Source of the DNA: Coleofasciculus chthonoplastes F2-STO-03 | GTDB taxonomy: Bacteria; Cyanobacteriota; Cyanobacteriia; Cyanobacteriales; Coleofasciculaceae | Direction: 5' to 3' | Assembly (NCBI GenBank): GCA_040222015.1 | Contig: JAVJWO010000064.1 | Coordinates: 1 to 47,685 of the forward strand | DNA length: 47,685 bases | Shown: positions 16,986 through 26,993 of the stretch, in pieces | How positions within the stretch are numbered: position 1 is the first letter of the stretch | How the letters are laid out: each line of letters starts with the position of its first letter | Made by a program: the position numbers and the translations under genes | The notes under the pieces: model-generated | Databases searched by the model: none | Told to the model about the DNA's origin: nothing | Seen by the model: only the letters and a program-made list of their open reading frames with translations

Positions 16986-18093
16986 ATGAATCAAAAGGAG
17001 TTCGAGGAAGCATTTAATCGGCTAACACCCCGACGCAAGCAAGTGTTACGACGAGTATTGGCGGGTGAAACCGATGGCGCGATCGCCAAGTCTCTGAAGA
17101 TTGGAGAAGCGACAGTCAGAAAACATATTGAACGGACTTGTCAAACATTAGGCTTAGACAATAACCATGCCGATGAGCGCCGCTACAAACGCTTGGAAGT
17201 CGCTAAGCTCGTGGCAAAGTACAAACCTGAACTACTCACAGACTCCACCCCTGTCACTGCCAATGAAGTGACACCCGAAACAGCCAATGCCCAAGACACC
17301 AGTGATGCTGAGAGAGGGGATACCCAAACCCTTGAGCCGACAAAATTAGCTGAACCCTCTCAAGATGAACCTGATGTCATCTGGCAGTTACCCGCCATGA
17401 CCCCACCCGTCCGCGAGCAGCTCCTCAAAACCTTCAGCCAACTGATTGACGAGGAACCCAAACGGAAGCAAATTGCTAAAAATCTCAACAAAATTGGCTA
17501 TGAACGCTACCTAGACGGGGACTTCCAAAGTGCTGCATTTTATTTACAGTGGGCAATTGAATTTAATCCCAACCTAGGCGGCGCTCACTACAACCTGGGT
17601 TCAACCTATGAAAAGCTGGAAGATGTTGAGCGTGCCTACCACCATTACCAAACAGCAGCCAACCACAAGGGACGCGCCGCCGATGCTGCCTTGAGTAACC
17701 TGGCTCGTTTAGACATTTTGGCAGGAAACAGCGCTACAGCGATTGAGCGACTCTTACCAAGAATAAACCAGGTTAAGGATGCTTCGGTGAAATCCTCTGT
17801 CCACAAAAATCTGGGTTGGGCGTATCTGCTGCAAAAGCAATATTCTGACGCCCAATATCACCTGCAAAAGGCAATTGAATTAGATAGCGAACGTGCGGCT
17901 AGTTACTAGTTACTGTTTACTGGCACAAGTGCAAGACATTCAAGGGGACGAGGAAAGCGCTCTGGCATCATGGGCAAACTGCCTTACCTATGACACCAGA
18001 GACAAGAGACGAAAAGAAGTCGCTTGGAGATCTCCGGAATTAGACTTCTGGCAGTTTCAGGCACGCGAACGCCTAAAACCTGTAGGCAATTAG
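16986..18093 (+). pseudogene. LuxR-type HTH + TPR regulator, frameshifted near the C-terminus
   Basis: LTPRRKQVL...IAKSLKIGEATVRKHI HTH followed by TPRs; a 7-bp duplication TAGTTAC (17900-17913) creates the stop, and the second frame continues CLLAQ as in the paralog at 18503. Confidence 0.85.
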
Positions 18094-18441
18094 GCAAAAA
18101 CGTCTGGACAACGAGTGACGTTTTCCGTTCCAGGTAGCGGTACTAGAGTTCGACATCAAGGATTAGGAACAATTGGCACATCATTTTCATCATCCTCATC
18201 CTCCTCCTGAATAGAGTGAGTAGACATAGAGTTACCGATGAGTGCAAAGTAATACATGGCTTTGGCAAACTAAAGTTCACAACAAATCAAGACTGCTGTT
18301 CACACTCACATCACAATCTTCATCATGCTGGCGGTGCTTGGCAGTCATTTGACCGTTGAATTTAGAATAATTGGGGGAATTGCCTTCAAACCAGCTACCC
18401 GCGCCGGACGCTAGAAACTTTCTACAATAAGCGATAGACAG

Positions 18442-18477
18442 TTAGGGGACGTTGCTAAAATTAGGGGAATCCCCCAA
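18442..18477 (+). promoter_or_regulatory. Putative operator (TTAGGGGA x2 + TCCCCCAA)
   Basis: Matches the reverse complement of 2251-2286. Confidence 0.5.
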
Positions 18478-18502
18478 CTTTCTGACAGGGTTTGACTTGG
18501 CG

Positions 18503-19561
18503 ATGGCGAGACCACACTACGGACCAGAAGCGAAAAAGCAGGCAAAACGCCTCTTTGAGGCATTACTGGCTTACGCGAATGACGAATTGGAGAATGGAGA
18601 GCATCTAAAAATTCAGGTCAACTGGCAGAATGAGAACCAGTTGGTTGTCAGGACAAAGGTAAGATTTCTGGAACAACTGACAGCCCTAGACCCCTACGAT
18701 GGCAAGTTAAATAGCAACCAAATCAAGCAAGCGCTCAAGCGGCTGGCAAATTTCTTGGGGATTTTGACAGATAACCGTCCTGGAACGAAGGGTTTACATG
18801 ATTGGCACTTTACCCTGAAACTTTGGCATCACAGGTACGAAAAACAGGCAAACCTGCAACGGTTTGATGTAGAGTGGGAGAATCGCCGAGCGAAAAAATC
18901 GTTGCCCGCGAGTCGCTCCCAGACGCTTGGCAACCTAGGGACGGTTCATCGCTTTTCACCGAGCATCTACAACGAACGCGGCGTGGACAATTACCTCAGT
19001 GATCAACTGCCACTGGTTATCAATAACTTTACCGAAGCCCTCAAATTGGAGCCAAACTTTGCAGAAACTCACTACAATCTGGGGGTATTCTACGAAGATC
19101 TCCGAGACTTTGACCGTGCCCGCTCTGAATACAGACTAGCGATGCAGGACGGTCTTGCTGCTGCTTATAATAACCAGGCACGTTTATCTATTCTAGAAAA
19201 AGACTATGCCGCTGCGGTTGACTTGCTACTGAAAGGACTGAAGTTAGCGAAACACAACGCCGAAAAATATGCGTTTTGGAAAAACCTGGGCTGGGTACGG
19301 CAAAAGCAGGGTCGCCATCGGGAGGCAAAAGATTGTCTGATTAGTGCGATTGAGCTGGAAAAGGAACAGGCATCAGCTTACTGCTTATTAGCTCAAACTC
19401 TAGACAATCTGGGAGAAAAGACCGAAGCTTATGTAACCTGGGAAAACTGCCTCAGATATGCTAGTAGTTACCGACCGGATGAGGATGCCTGGATTGATTT
19501 GGCACGCGAGGATGCCTGGATTGATTTGGCACGCCAACATTTGGCACAAACAGATAGCTAG
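18503..19561 (+). CDS. Putative winged-HTH + TPR protein
   Basis: First ~130 aa closely similar to the N-terminus of 659..2227; TPRs (THYNLG, KNLGW, AYCLLAQ); exact 27-bp tandem duplication at 19481-19534. Confidence 0.85.
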   Translation: MARPHYGPEAKKQAKRLFEALLAYANDELENGEHLKIQVNWQNENQLVVRTKVRFLEQLTALDPYDGKLNSNQIKQALKRLANFLGILTDNRPGTKGLHDWHFTLKLWHHRYEKQANLQRFDVEWENRRAKKSLPASRSQTLGNLGTVHRFSPSIYNERGVDNYLSDQLPLVINNFTEALKLEPNFAETHYNLGVFYEDLRDFDRARSEYRLAMQDGLAAAYNNQARLSILEKDYAAAVDLLLKGLKLAKHNAEKYAFWKNLGWVRQKQGRHREAKDCLISAIELEKEQASAYCLLAQTLDNLGEKTEAYVTWENCLRYASSYRPDEDAWIDLAREDAWIDLARQHLAQTDS

Positions 19562-19608
19562 AGCTAACTGCATCTTAGTTTAACAAAAGGTATGGTAAAA
19601 AATCGGGA

Positions 19609-20649
19609 ATGCACCTATCTGACTTAGACGTAACTCCCTTCTCTGATAATTCTATCGGTTGGATTATTGAATCGTCCGATGAAGTCCTGCTCAAGCGCAA
19701 GAATTGGTCAGACTATCAACCGACAGGGATTGGGACTGAGCTTTATCCGGGTGATTTATTACAACCAGCCGCAACAGCAAAAGTCTTGGTTCAATGTGCC
19801 AATGGAAGTACAATTTGGCGCGTACCCGCAGGTATGATTTCGGGTGCAGCCAATGGTTGTCCCCCAGCCGTTAAAGCTATACCGGGACGTCAAAGTAAAA
19901 TCATTCCCCCACGCGGCGGGACAAATTCACTCATTCCTTACATTATCTGTCCGCGTCGCACGTTATTACTGAATGCCTTCCCCATACTGCGCTGGAATGC
20001 TGTACCCGGTGCTACCCACTACAGAGTAAGCGTAATTGATGAGAGTGAGGACGATGTACTCTGGGAAACACAAGTGAATGCCAGCGAGGTAGTTTATCCG
20101 GGTAAACCCCTGCTGACGATGGGAGTTGATTACTCATTCATAGTGGAGGCGGATACGGGAACATCTTCTTTGCAGGAAGAAATGCCAGATTTGGGATTTA
20201 GGCGGTTAGATAAAGCTCAAGCGAAGTCAGTGTTATCAGTCTTGGAGCAACCAGCACATCGGGAATTAACTCAAGAAGCACAAGCCTTAGCGAAAGCGTA
20301 TCTCTATATAGGATATGAGTTAAGAACTGAGGCGATTGAGACGCTGGAGGCTTGGGTAAAGCAGGACAGTCAAACTGCCGCCGTTTATCGCACTCTAGGG
20401 GAACTTTATCAGGAGGTAGGACTGAATTGGTTGGCGGAAACTCACTACTTGAGAGCCTTTAAACTGGCATCTTTTGATATTGAGGGGCAAGCGGTGATTG
20501 CGGCTAGGTTAGGGGAAGTTTATCAGGCTCTGGGAAATTCTGAAGCGGCAAGGAGATGGTTTATTCAGGCACGAGATGGATATGTAGTTTTGGGGGATAG
20601 CCAATGGGTGAGTGAATTGGAGAAAAGACAGGTACAGTTGAATCTTTAA
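19609..20649 (+). CDS. Beta-domain (DUF928-like) + TPR protein, probable CHAT partner
   Basis: PRGG...IPYIICPRRTLLL...LRWNAVPGATHYRV beta-sandwich-like region; C-terminal TPRs (AVYRTLGELY, ARLGEVY). Confidence 0.65.
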   Translation: MHLSDLDVTPFSDNSIGWIIESSDEVLLKRKNWSDYQPTGIGTELYPGDLLQPAATAKVLVQCANGSTIWRVPAGMISGAANGCPPAVKAIPGRQSKIIPPRGGTNSLIPYIICPRRTLLLNAFPILRWNAVPGATHYRVSVIDESEDDVLWETQVNASEVVYPGKPLLTMGVDYSFIVEADTGTSSLQEEMPDLGFRRLDKAQAKSVLSVLEQPAHRELTQEAQALAKAYLYIGYELRTEAIETLEAWVKQDSQTAAVYRTLGELYQEVGLNWLAETHYLRAFKLASFDIEGQAVIAARLGEVYQALGNSEAARRWFIQARDGYVVLGDSQWVSELEKRQVQLNL

Positions 20650-20668
20650 AAGCCAATACTTTAAAATT

Positions 20669-23600
20669 ATGAGTGATAGCCTAGTATGTTTACCTACAAC
20701 TCGATTCCAAAAACCAACTGAGTTAATTGAATCTTATCAGAAGAAACTAACTGTTCAAAAAGAAAGAGGCGATCGCTCTGGCGAAGCTACTTCTCTAAAA
20801 GCTCTGGGCATTATTTACAATTCTCTAGAGCAATACCAGCAGGCAATTAAGTACCTCCAACAGTCGCTGATCATTGACCGGGAAATAGGTAATCAATCGG
20901 GTGAAGGGTCTTCTCTTCTTAATCTGGGCAATGTTTACTTGTCTCGCAGGCAATACCCGAAGGCAATTGAGTTATATCAGTCGGCATTGACCCTTTTCCG
21001 GGAGGTAGGTGATCGATCTAGCGAAAGTGCTGCTCTGGAAAATATGGGTAGGACTTATTTTCTTCTCAGGCAATACTCGCAGGCAATTGAGTTCTATCAG
21101 CAATCACTGACCATTAAGCAGAAAATTGGCGCTCAAAAAGGCGAAGCTGATGTTCTAGGTTGTCTAGGTGGTGCTTACAATTTTATAGCGGAATATGAGA
21201 AGGCGATTGAGTACTTTCAGCAGGCGTTGACTATTTTCCGGGAGTTAGGTAATCGCCCTAACGAAGCGGATTCTCTGACTAATTTGGGTGTAGTTTACTT
21301 TAATATATCACAATACAAGCAGGCGATTGAGTGCCATCAGCAAGCACTTACTCTTTTCCAGGAGATAGGCGATCGCTTTCGTGAAACTATAGCTCTTAAT
21401 AATCTGGGCAATGCTTACAATTATACAGGGCAATACCCGCAGGCGATTGAGTGTTATCAGCAGGTACTGACTTTTTACCAAAAAATGGGTAATCGAATAG
21501 GCGAAAGTGCTGCTCTTGACCATCTAGGCAGTAATTACAGTCATACAGGACAATACCAAAAAGCGATTGAGTTCCATCTGCGAGCATTGAACCTTGCCCA
21601 GGAGATAGGAGAGCAACAAATTGAAGCTGTTGCTCTACACAATTTAGGCGCGGCTTATAATTCTCTGGGGCAATACGAGCAGGCGATTGAGTACTTTCAG
21701 CAATCACTGACCATTGCGCGGGAAAGAGGTAATCGCACTGGCGAAGCGAGATCTCTAAACAATCTGGGTGCTACTTACGGTGCTCTAGGGCAACGTAAAA
21801 AGGAGTTTGAGTTCTATCTGGAAGCACTGACTATTTATGAGCAGATTGGTGATCGCAATGGCGAAGCGGGTTCTCTTCTAAATCTGGGCGGTGTTTGGCA
21901 ACATGTAAAGGAATACCAGCTAGCGATTGACTCCTATCAGCAATCACTAACTATTCAGCAGGAAATCGGTGATCGCTCTGGCGAAGCTGGTTCTCTTCTA
22001 AATTTGGGTCTTGCTTACTGGACTTTAGAGCAATACCAGCAGGCAATTGAGTTTTCTAAGCAGGCTTTAACCCTTTTCCGGGAGATCGGTGATCGAAAAG
22101 GCGAAGCAGCTTCTCTTCTAAAGCTGGGTGGTATTCACTGTTCTCTAGAGCAATACCAGCAGGCAATTGAATATTATCAACTCAGCATTGAAGCCAGTGA
22201 ATCCATTCAAGGCGACATCAAAATTGAAGAATTGAAAACCAGTTTTGCTGAGAAGCAAGTAAACACCTATGAACTCCTGATCAACCAATTGTGGAGAAAA
22301 AACCGCATTGAGGAAGCCTTTAACTATGTCGAGCGATCACGAGCTAGAGCCTTCCTTGACCAAATTGCCAATGGAGCGATTGACTTCCGCACAGGTGCTA
22401 ATCCCAAACTCTTACAACAGGAGGAGGCAGTCAAAGCACAAATTACAGCACTGCGGACTCAACTAAGCAATCTTTTAAAACAAGAGGCTTCACTGCAACA
22501 TGAGATTAGGGCGCTACATACTCAGCTTGTCAAACTCCGCTCTCATCCTGGTAATCAGTTAAACACAGAAGCGATCGCAGCGGTGCAAAAGCAGCTTGAT
22601 GGCTGTGAAAAAGAGCACACTCAACTCTTGACCCATCTCAAACTCACGAGTCCAGAAGTTGCTTCCTTAGTTAGCACAGACGTAGCTACTCTAGAGGAAA
22701 TCCAGAGTTTACTTGAGCCAGACACCACCCTAGTCGAGTACTTTATCACAAAAGAAGTTACTCTTGCCTTTATCATTACCCGTGAAAGTTTTGACTGCGT
22801 TGGCTTAGACGTGAGTCGGCAAGACATAACCAAGAAAATCGAAGCCTTTCGCCGCTTCACAAACCTGAAAAACCCCCATCCGAAAAGCCTGCAACACCTG
22901 TATGAATGGCTACTTCCTCCACTGAAAAAATATTTAACCACTTCCCATCTAACTATTGTTCCCCACGGTATTCTCCACTATCTCCCCTTTGCTGCCCTCA
23001 CCGACGGCACCCACTATCTGAGCGAAGATTACACCCTTACTTCCCTCCCTAGTGCCAGTGTGTTGCGCTTTCTACCAGAGAAACGCAAACCCAACAATGG
23101 TATCGTTCTCGCATTAGGCAATCCAACTACAGTTGAACCTCTGCCTGCTCTCCACTATGCTGAGCAAGAAGTCAATACCATCGCTCAACTTTATAATACC
23201 CAGGCACTCATCAGAACAGATGCGACGGAAACTACCGTCTTTTCCCAAGCCGGAAATGCCGGAATTTTGCACCTAGCTGCCCACGGCAAGTACAATCCCC
23301 ATAACCCCCTATTCAGTACGCTTTATCTCGCCCCAGATGACCAACGGGATGGACGGCTAGAAGTTCATGAAATCTACGGATTAGATTTAAGCGCCGCCAA
23401 TCTTGTCGTTCTCAGCGCCTGCCAAACACAACTCGGCAAGCTGAGCAAAGGAGATGAGCTAGTGGGACTCAACCGTGCCTTTCTCTATGCCGGAACGCCC
23501 AGCGTGATCGGCAGTCTTTGGAGTGTAAATGATCAAGCAACAGGAAGGTTTATGGAAAAATTCTACAGCTATTTACAAGCGGGAATGAGCAAAGCTGAAG

Positions 23601-23698
23601 CTCTGCGTCAAGCCCAGAATGACATACGTCAGGAGTATTCCCATCCTTACTATTGGGCAGCATTCGTTTTAACTGGAGATGGAACTTTCCCCATTTAG
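20669..23698 (+). CDS. TPR-repeat CHAT-domain (caspase/HetF-like) protease
   Basis: Twelve 40-aa TPR units; ERSRAR, LHYLPFAAL, ILHLAAHG (His), VVLSACQT (Cys), SLWSVND, HPYYWAAF. Confidence 0.93.
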   Translation: MSDSLVCLPTTRFQKPTELIESYQKKLTVQKERGDRSGEATSLKALGIIYNSLEQYQQAIKYLQQSLIIDREIGNQSGEGSSLLNLGNVYLSRRQYPKAIELYQSALTLFREVGDRSSESAALENMGRTYFLLRQYSQAIEFYQQSLTIKQKIGAQKGEADVLGCLGGAYNFIAEYEKAIEYFQQALTIFRELGNRPNEADSLTNLGVVYFNISQYKQAIECHQQALTLFQEIGDRFRETIALNNLGNAYNYTGQYPQAIECYQQVLTFYQKMGNRIGESAALDHLGSNYSHTGQYQKAIEFHLRALNLAQEIGEQQIEAVALHNLGAAYNSLGQYEQAIEYFQQSLTIARERGNRTGEARSLNNLGATYGALGQRKKEFEFYLEALTIYEQIGDRNGEAGSLLNLGGVWQHVKEYQLAIDSYQQSLTIQQEIGDRSGEAGSLLNLGLAYWTLEQYQQAIEFSKQALTLFREIGDRKGEAASLLKLGGIHCSLEQYQQAIEYYQLSIEASESIQGDIKIEELKTSFAEKQVNTYELLINQLWRKNRIEEAFNYVERSRARAFLDQIANGAIDFRTGANPKLLQQEEAVKAQITALRTQLSNLLKQEASLQHEIRALHTQLVKLRSHPGNQLNTEAIAAVQKQLDGCEKEHTQLLTHLKLTSPEVASLVSTDVATLEEIQSLLEPDTTLVEYFITKEVTLAFIITRESFDCVGLDVSRQDITKKIEAFRRFTNLKNPHPKSLQHLYEWLLPPLKKYLTTSHLTIVPHGILHYLPFAALTDGTHYLSEDYTLTSLPSASVLRFLPEKRKPNNGIVLALGNPTTVEPLPALHYAEQEVNTIAQLYNTQALIRTDATETTVFSQAGNAGILHLAAHGKYNPHNPLFSTLYLAPDDQRDGRLEVHEIYGLDLSAANLVVLSACQTQLGKLSKGDELVGLNRAFLYAGTPSVIGSLWSVNDQATGRFMEKFYSYLQAGMSKAEALRQAQNDIRQEYSHPYYWAAFVLTGDGTFPI

Positions 23699-23754
23699 CC
23701 GCCAACTATAATGCTAATCTCGCTGTTGGTAAATCTCTGGACTTTAGACCATTC

Positions 23755-23920
23755 CGCCTTTTTTGAAGTCACGATTAAGCCAGAAACCCTGTCTTTACGT
23801 CAGGGTAATAACTATTGTCCCATTCAATTGGGAATGGAGGGAACGGCTGATATTATTTCTCGGCAAGAAACGGTTATTCAATTCTTGCTCAGAAAAGCAA
23901 GATTGATGACAGATTTATAA
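23755..23920 (+). pseudogene. C-terminal remnant of a second HlyD-family gene
   Basis: FFEVTIKPE...GMEGTADIISRQETVIQFLLRKARL is a typical cyanobacterial HlyD C-terminus; the rest of the gene is absent. Confidence 0.75.
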
Positions 23921-24016
23921 GTCGGATGTTGATATTCTAAGAAAACAGGGTCAAGAATTTAAGCTCAATCACCCTTCCACAGACGTGCCATGGCATTATG
24001 GCAAGCTGGGGTAGCA

Positions 24017-24050
24017 AATGACCAATGACCAATGACTAATGACCAATGAC
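24017..24050. repeat. STRR-type heptamer tandem repeat (AATGAC[C/T])
   Basis: About 5 units; a shorter array in opposite orientation near 26800-26819. Confidence 0.8.
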
Positions 24051-24055
24051 GATAT

Positions 24056-25339
24056 TCAAGAACGCAACTGTTCCAAAAAACAATTCAACTCTTGCACTAG
24101 CCACTCCTTTTCGGTTGACTTGAGAAATTTACCGAAACGATGAGTACGAACCCCTTCGACAATAGCACAAGACCGAATGACTTGACCGTTTGAATTGTAG
24201 CGAATGTCTATCTCCAGTCTATCAATATCTGCCGTTCGTCCCTTACGCCAATATCTTAATCCCAGTATTTGCCACTGCAACTGGAAGTTTTTTTTGTTGA
24301 ATTTTAAGTAAATGTGACTGAGAAACTTGTCCCGAATGACTATTAATAAGGGTAGGATGCCGATCATAAAAGGCAAAACCCAAATTAGTCCAATAAATAC
24401 GATTAGGGAACCGACCACCACATACCATGAGAAGAAGGGAATATCTACAAGGATATAGTCACGGTGTTTTTTCAAGACGATACGATTACTTATTGATACA
24501 GACGGCTCAATGAATGAATTTTGATCAGCAAGTTTACCCTGTAACGCCATTAAAGCCTCCTGAGCCGAAGCAAATCGGTCTTCAGCAACGGGTTCGAGCA
24601 TTTTCTCTAACCAGTTCGCTAATTCTTTTGATTTTACCTGAGCGCGAACATCAATTTTGAGGCGGCGTTGAGGTAAATCGGCTGGAGAACGACGAGTCAC
24701 TAAAAATAATAATGTTGCCCCTAAACCGTACAAGTCAGACGTGACATAAGCTTGCCCTCGAAACTGTTCGGGTGCCATGTATCCATAGGTTCCGACGACT
24801 GTACTTCCTTGAGTCAAGGTGTTCCGATAAACATTTTGGACTGCCCCAAAATCGACTAAAAATGCATTTCCTTTTTGATCCAAAATAATATTTTGGGGGT
24901 TAATATCTCGGTGAATAATGGGAGGGGTTAAATTATGGAGATAGTCGAGAATTTCCAAAAGTTGTCGGGCAATTTTCCGAACGTTAGCCTCATCCGGTTG
25001 CCACCCTTGTTTTACCAACCTGGCTAGAGACGTTCCAGGCGCTAATTCTTGGACAAGATAGAACCAGTGATTCTGGGACATTTCGACCTGAAAATAATCC
25101 AAATACTTGGGAATTGCCGGATGATTTAAACGGGAGAGAACTTTGGCTTCTCGTTCAAAGAGCTCCAAGACTTTCCAGTCCGCCATTCCCACTAAAGACA
25201 ATGCTTTAAGTGCCACCTTTTGACCCGTTTTTTGGTCTTGCGCGGCGTAGGTTGTCCCCGTTCCCCCACTACCCAGAATCTGGATAATTTGATAACGTTT
25301 AGCGATACAATCTCCTGGATTATGTCCGTTCATAATCAT
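24056..25339 (-). CDS. Ser/Thr protein kinase with C-terminal TM region
   Basis: LGSGGTG, VALK, HRDINPQN, DFG, GTYGYMAPE; hydrophobic segment at about aa 300-335. Confidence 0.92.
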   Translation of the reverse strand: MIMNGHNPGDCIAKRYQIIQILGSGGTGTTYAAQDQKTGQKVALKALSLVGMADWKVLELFEREAKVLSRLNHPAIPKYLDYFQVEMSQNHWFYLVQELAPGTSLARLVKQGWQPDEANVRKIARQLLEILDYLHNLTPPIIHRDINPQNIILDQKGNAFLVDFGAVQNVYRNTLTQGSTVVGTYGYMAPEQFRGQAYVTSDLYGLGATLLFLVTRRSPADLPQRRLKIDVRAQVKSKELANWLEKMLEPVAEDRFASAQEALMALQGKLADQNSFIEPSVSISNRIVLKKHRDYILVDIPFFSWYVVVGSLIVFIGLIWVLPFMIGILPLLIVIRDKFLSHIYLKFNKKNFQLQWQILGLRYWRKGRTADIDRLEIDIRYNSNGQVIRSCAIVEGVRTHRFGKFLKSTEKEWLVQELNCFLEQLRS

Positions 25340-26762
25340 CCTCCGGTTTCAGGTGAGGATAACGCTGATGCAGGTGTTTCAGAAAGGTGGTTACTTCCTC
25401 AACCACCCACTCCCGTTCCCGTTGGGAAATGAACTGGGCAAATTCAATGCGTTGATGGGACATTTGGGTGACAAGTCGGCACTTGCGTACAGGTATTATA
25501 TAGGTTTCTGATTTTCTCATTAATTTCGTTTTTGCTCTATACTGGGTAATAATTTCGAGCCGTTTCAGATCAGCGGTTCGTCCCTGAATCGTTTTCTTTA
25601 ATCCCAATAGTGTCCACTGCAACTGAAATTTTTTTGGGTTAATCTTGAGTTGAATGTGACTGGCTGCACGCAACACAATATCTAATACCGATATCTTATG
25701 CATTGTAATCATAAGACTGATGTATAACCCGATAAAGAGCCAATAACTGCTATTGGGGATAGCAATTGTCAAAACGGCTAGTACTGTGATTGGAATTAAG
25801 AGCAAACTCCATGCTAAAGGATTTAAATAGCCGCCAGTTCCCTTAAACCCAGCCGGCGGAATGGTGATCACGAACTGTTCTTTTGTGGCGGTCAACGTAA
25901 TCTGACTTCCTGCAGGACGACGGCGATTTTCGATAACAGGTTGAATGAGGGTTTTGGGATTTTGCAAAGCATTTAATGCTGCCCGAGCGGAGAGGAATCG
26001 ATCCTCCACCACAGGTTCTAACATTTTGTCCAGCCAGTCGGCAAATTCTGGCGACACATTCACACGAGAACGAAAGTCAAGTTTTAACCGTTTCTGGGGT
26101 AAATCAGCAGGGGAACGGTGAGTGAGTAGAAATAGTAAGGTAGCCGCTAAACCATACAAATCAGAAGCGGGATAAGCTTGTCCTCGATCTTGTTCCGGCG
26201 CCATGTAACCAAAGGTACCAACCACAGTCATCCCCTGGTTACGGCGATTCCAATAGGCATGACGTACTGAGCCAAAATCCACCAGAAACACCTGTCCATC
26301 CTCTCGGCGGATAATATTTTGGGGTTTGATATCGCGATGAATAATTGGGGGCGAAATGTGGTGAAGATAGATCAGGGTTTCTAGGATTTGGACGGCGATA
26401 TCCTTGATTTCATCTTCTTGGGTATGCCAACCGCTTTGAATCCAATCAAACAGCGATCGCCCCGGGGCTAATTCCTGCACAATATAGAATAAACGGGTTT
26501 GGGGAGTATCCACCTCACAGTAATCCAGGTAATTGGGGATAGCTGGATGATTGAGGTAAGATAGCACTTGGGCTTCCCGTTCAAATAAATCCAAGTCTTT
26601 CCAGTCTTTGATCCGGCGCAAGGACATTTCTTTGATCGCTACCCGTTGATTGTTTTTTTTGTCTTGCGCCTCGTAGGTTGTGCCCGTTCCTCCCTGCCCC
26701 AGGATAGCTATGATACGATACCGTTCGGCAATGATATCCCCAGGCTGATGCGATCGCTTCAT
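25320..26762 (-). CDS. Ser/Thr protein kinase with C-terminal TM helices (tandem paralog)
   Basis: LGQGGTG, VAIKE, HRDIKPQN, DFG, GTFGYMAPE. Confidence 0.93.
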   Translation of the reverse strand: MKRSHQPGDIIAERYRIIAILGQGGTGTTYEAQDKKNNQRVAIKEMSLRRIKDWKDLDLFEREAQVLSYLNHPAIPNYLDYCEVDTPQTRLFYIVQELAPGRSLFDWIQSGWHTQEDEIKDIAVQILETLIYLHHISPPIIHRDIKPQNIIRREDGQVFLVDFGSVRHAYWNRRNQGMTVVGTFGYMAPEQDRGQAYPASDLYGLAATLLFLLTHRSPADLPQKRLKLDFRSRVNVSPEFADWLDKMLEPVVEDRFLSARAALNALQNPKTLIQPVIENRRRPAGSQITLTATKEQFVITIPPAGFKGTGGYLNPLAWSLLLIPITVLAVLTIAIPNSSYWLFIGLYISLMITMHKISVLDIVLRAASHIQLKINPKKFQLQWTLLGLKKTIQGRTADLKRLEIITQYRAKTKLMRKSETYIIPVRKCRLVTQMSHQRIEFAQFISQREREWVVEEVTTFLKHLHQRYPHLKPEDDYERT

Positions 26763-26843
26763 ACAAAACTGCCCGAATTGATATCTTTATTATAAAATCG
26801 TCATTGGTCATTGGTCATTCGTCTCAAATCTAAACAACAAGAG

Positions 26844-26908
26844 AGGGCGGGTTTTGTTGATAAGTTATCGGTATACTCATCAATTAAACGGCTAAACCCG
26901 CCCCTACA
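26844..26908. repeat. REP-like element GGGCGGGTTT...AAACCCGCCCCTAC
   Basis: Same arms as 11336-11394 and 34646-34710. Confidence 0.75.
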
Positions 26909-26993
26909 ATAGGATATAACTTTTGCCTCCTTTTACCCTTATACCTGTCATTGGTCATACTCGCTCCCTTGAGAAGCAAGCTACGTCTTTTGT

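Noticed and set aside
20760..22200. CRISPR-like or non-coding repeat array (120-bp period)
   Set aside because: The periodicity is explained by 40-aa TPR coding repeats. No CRISPR array, tRNA or rRNA was recognised anywhere in the window.
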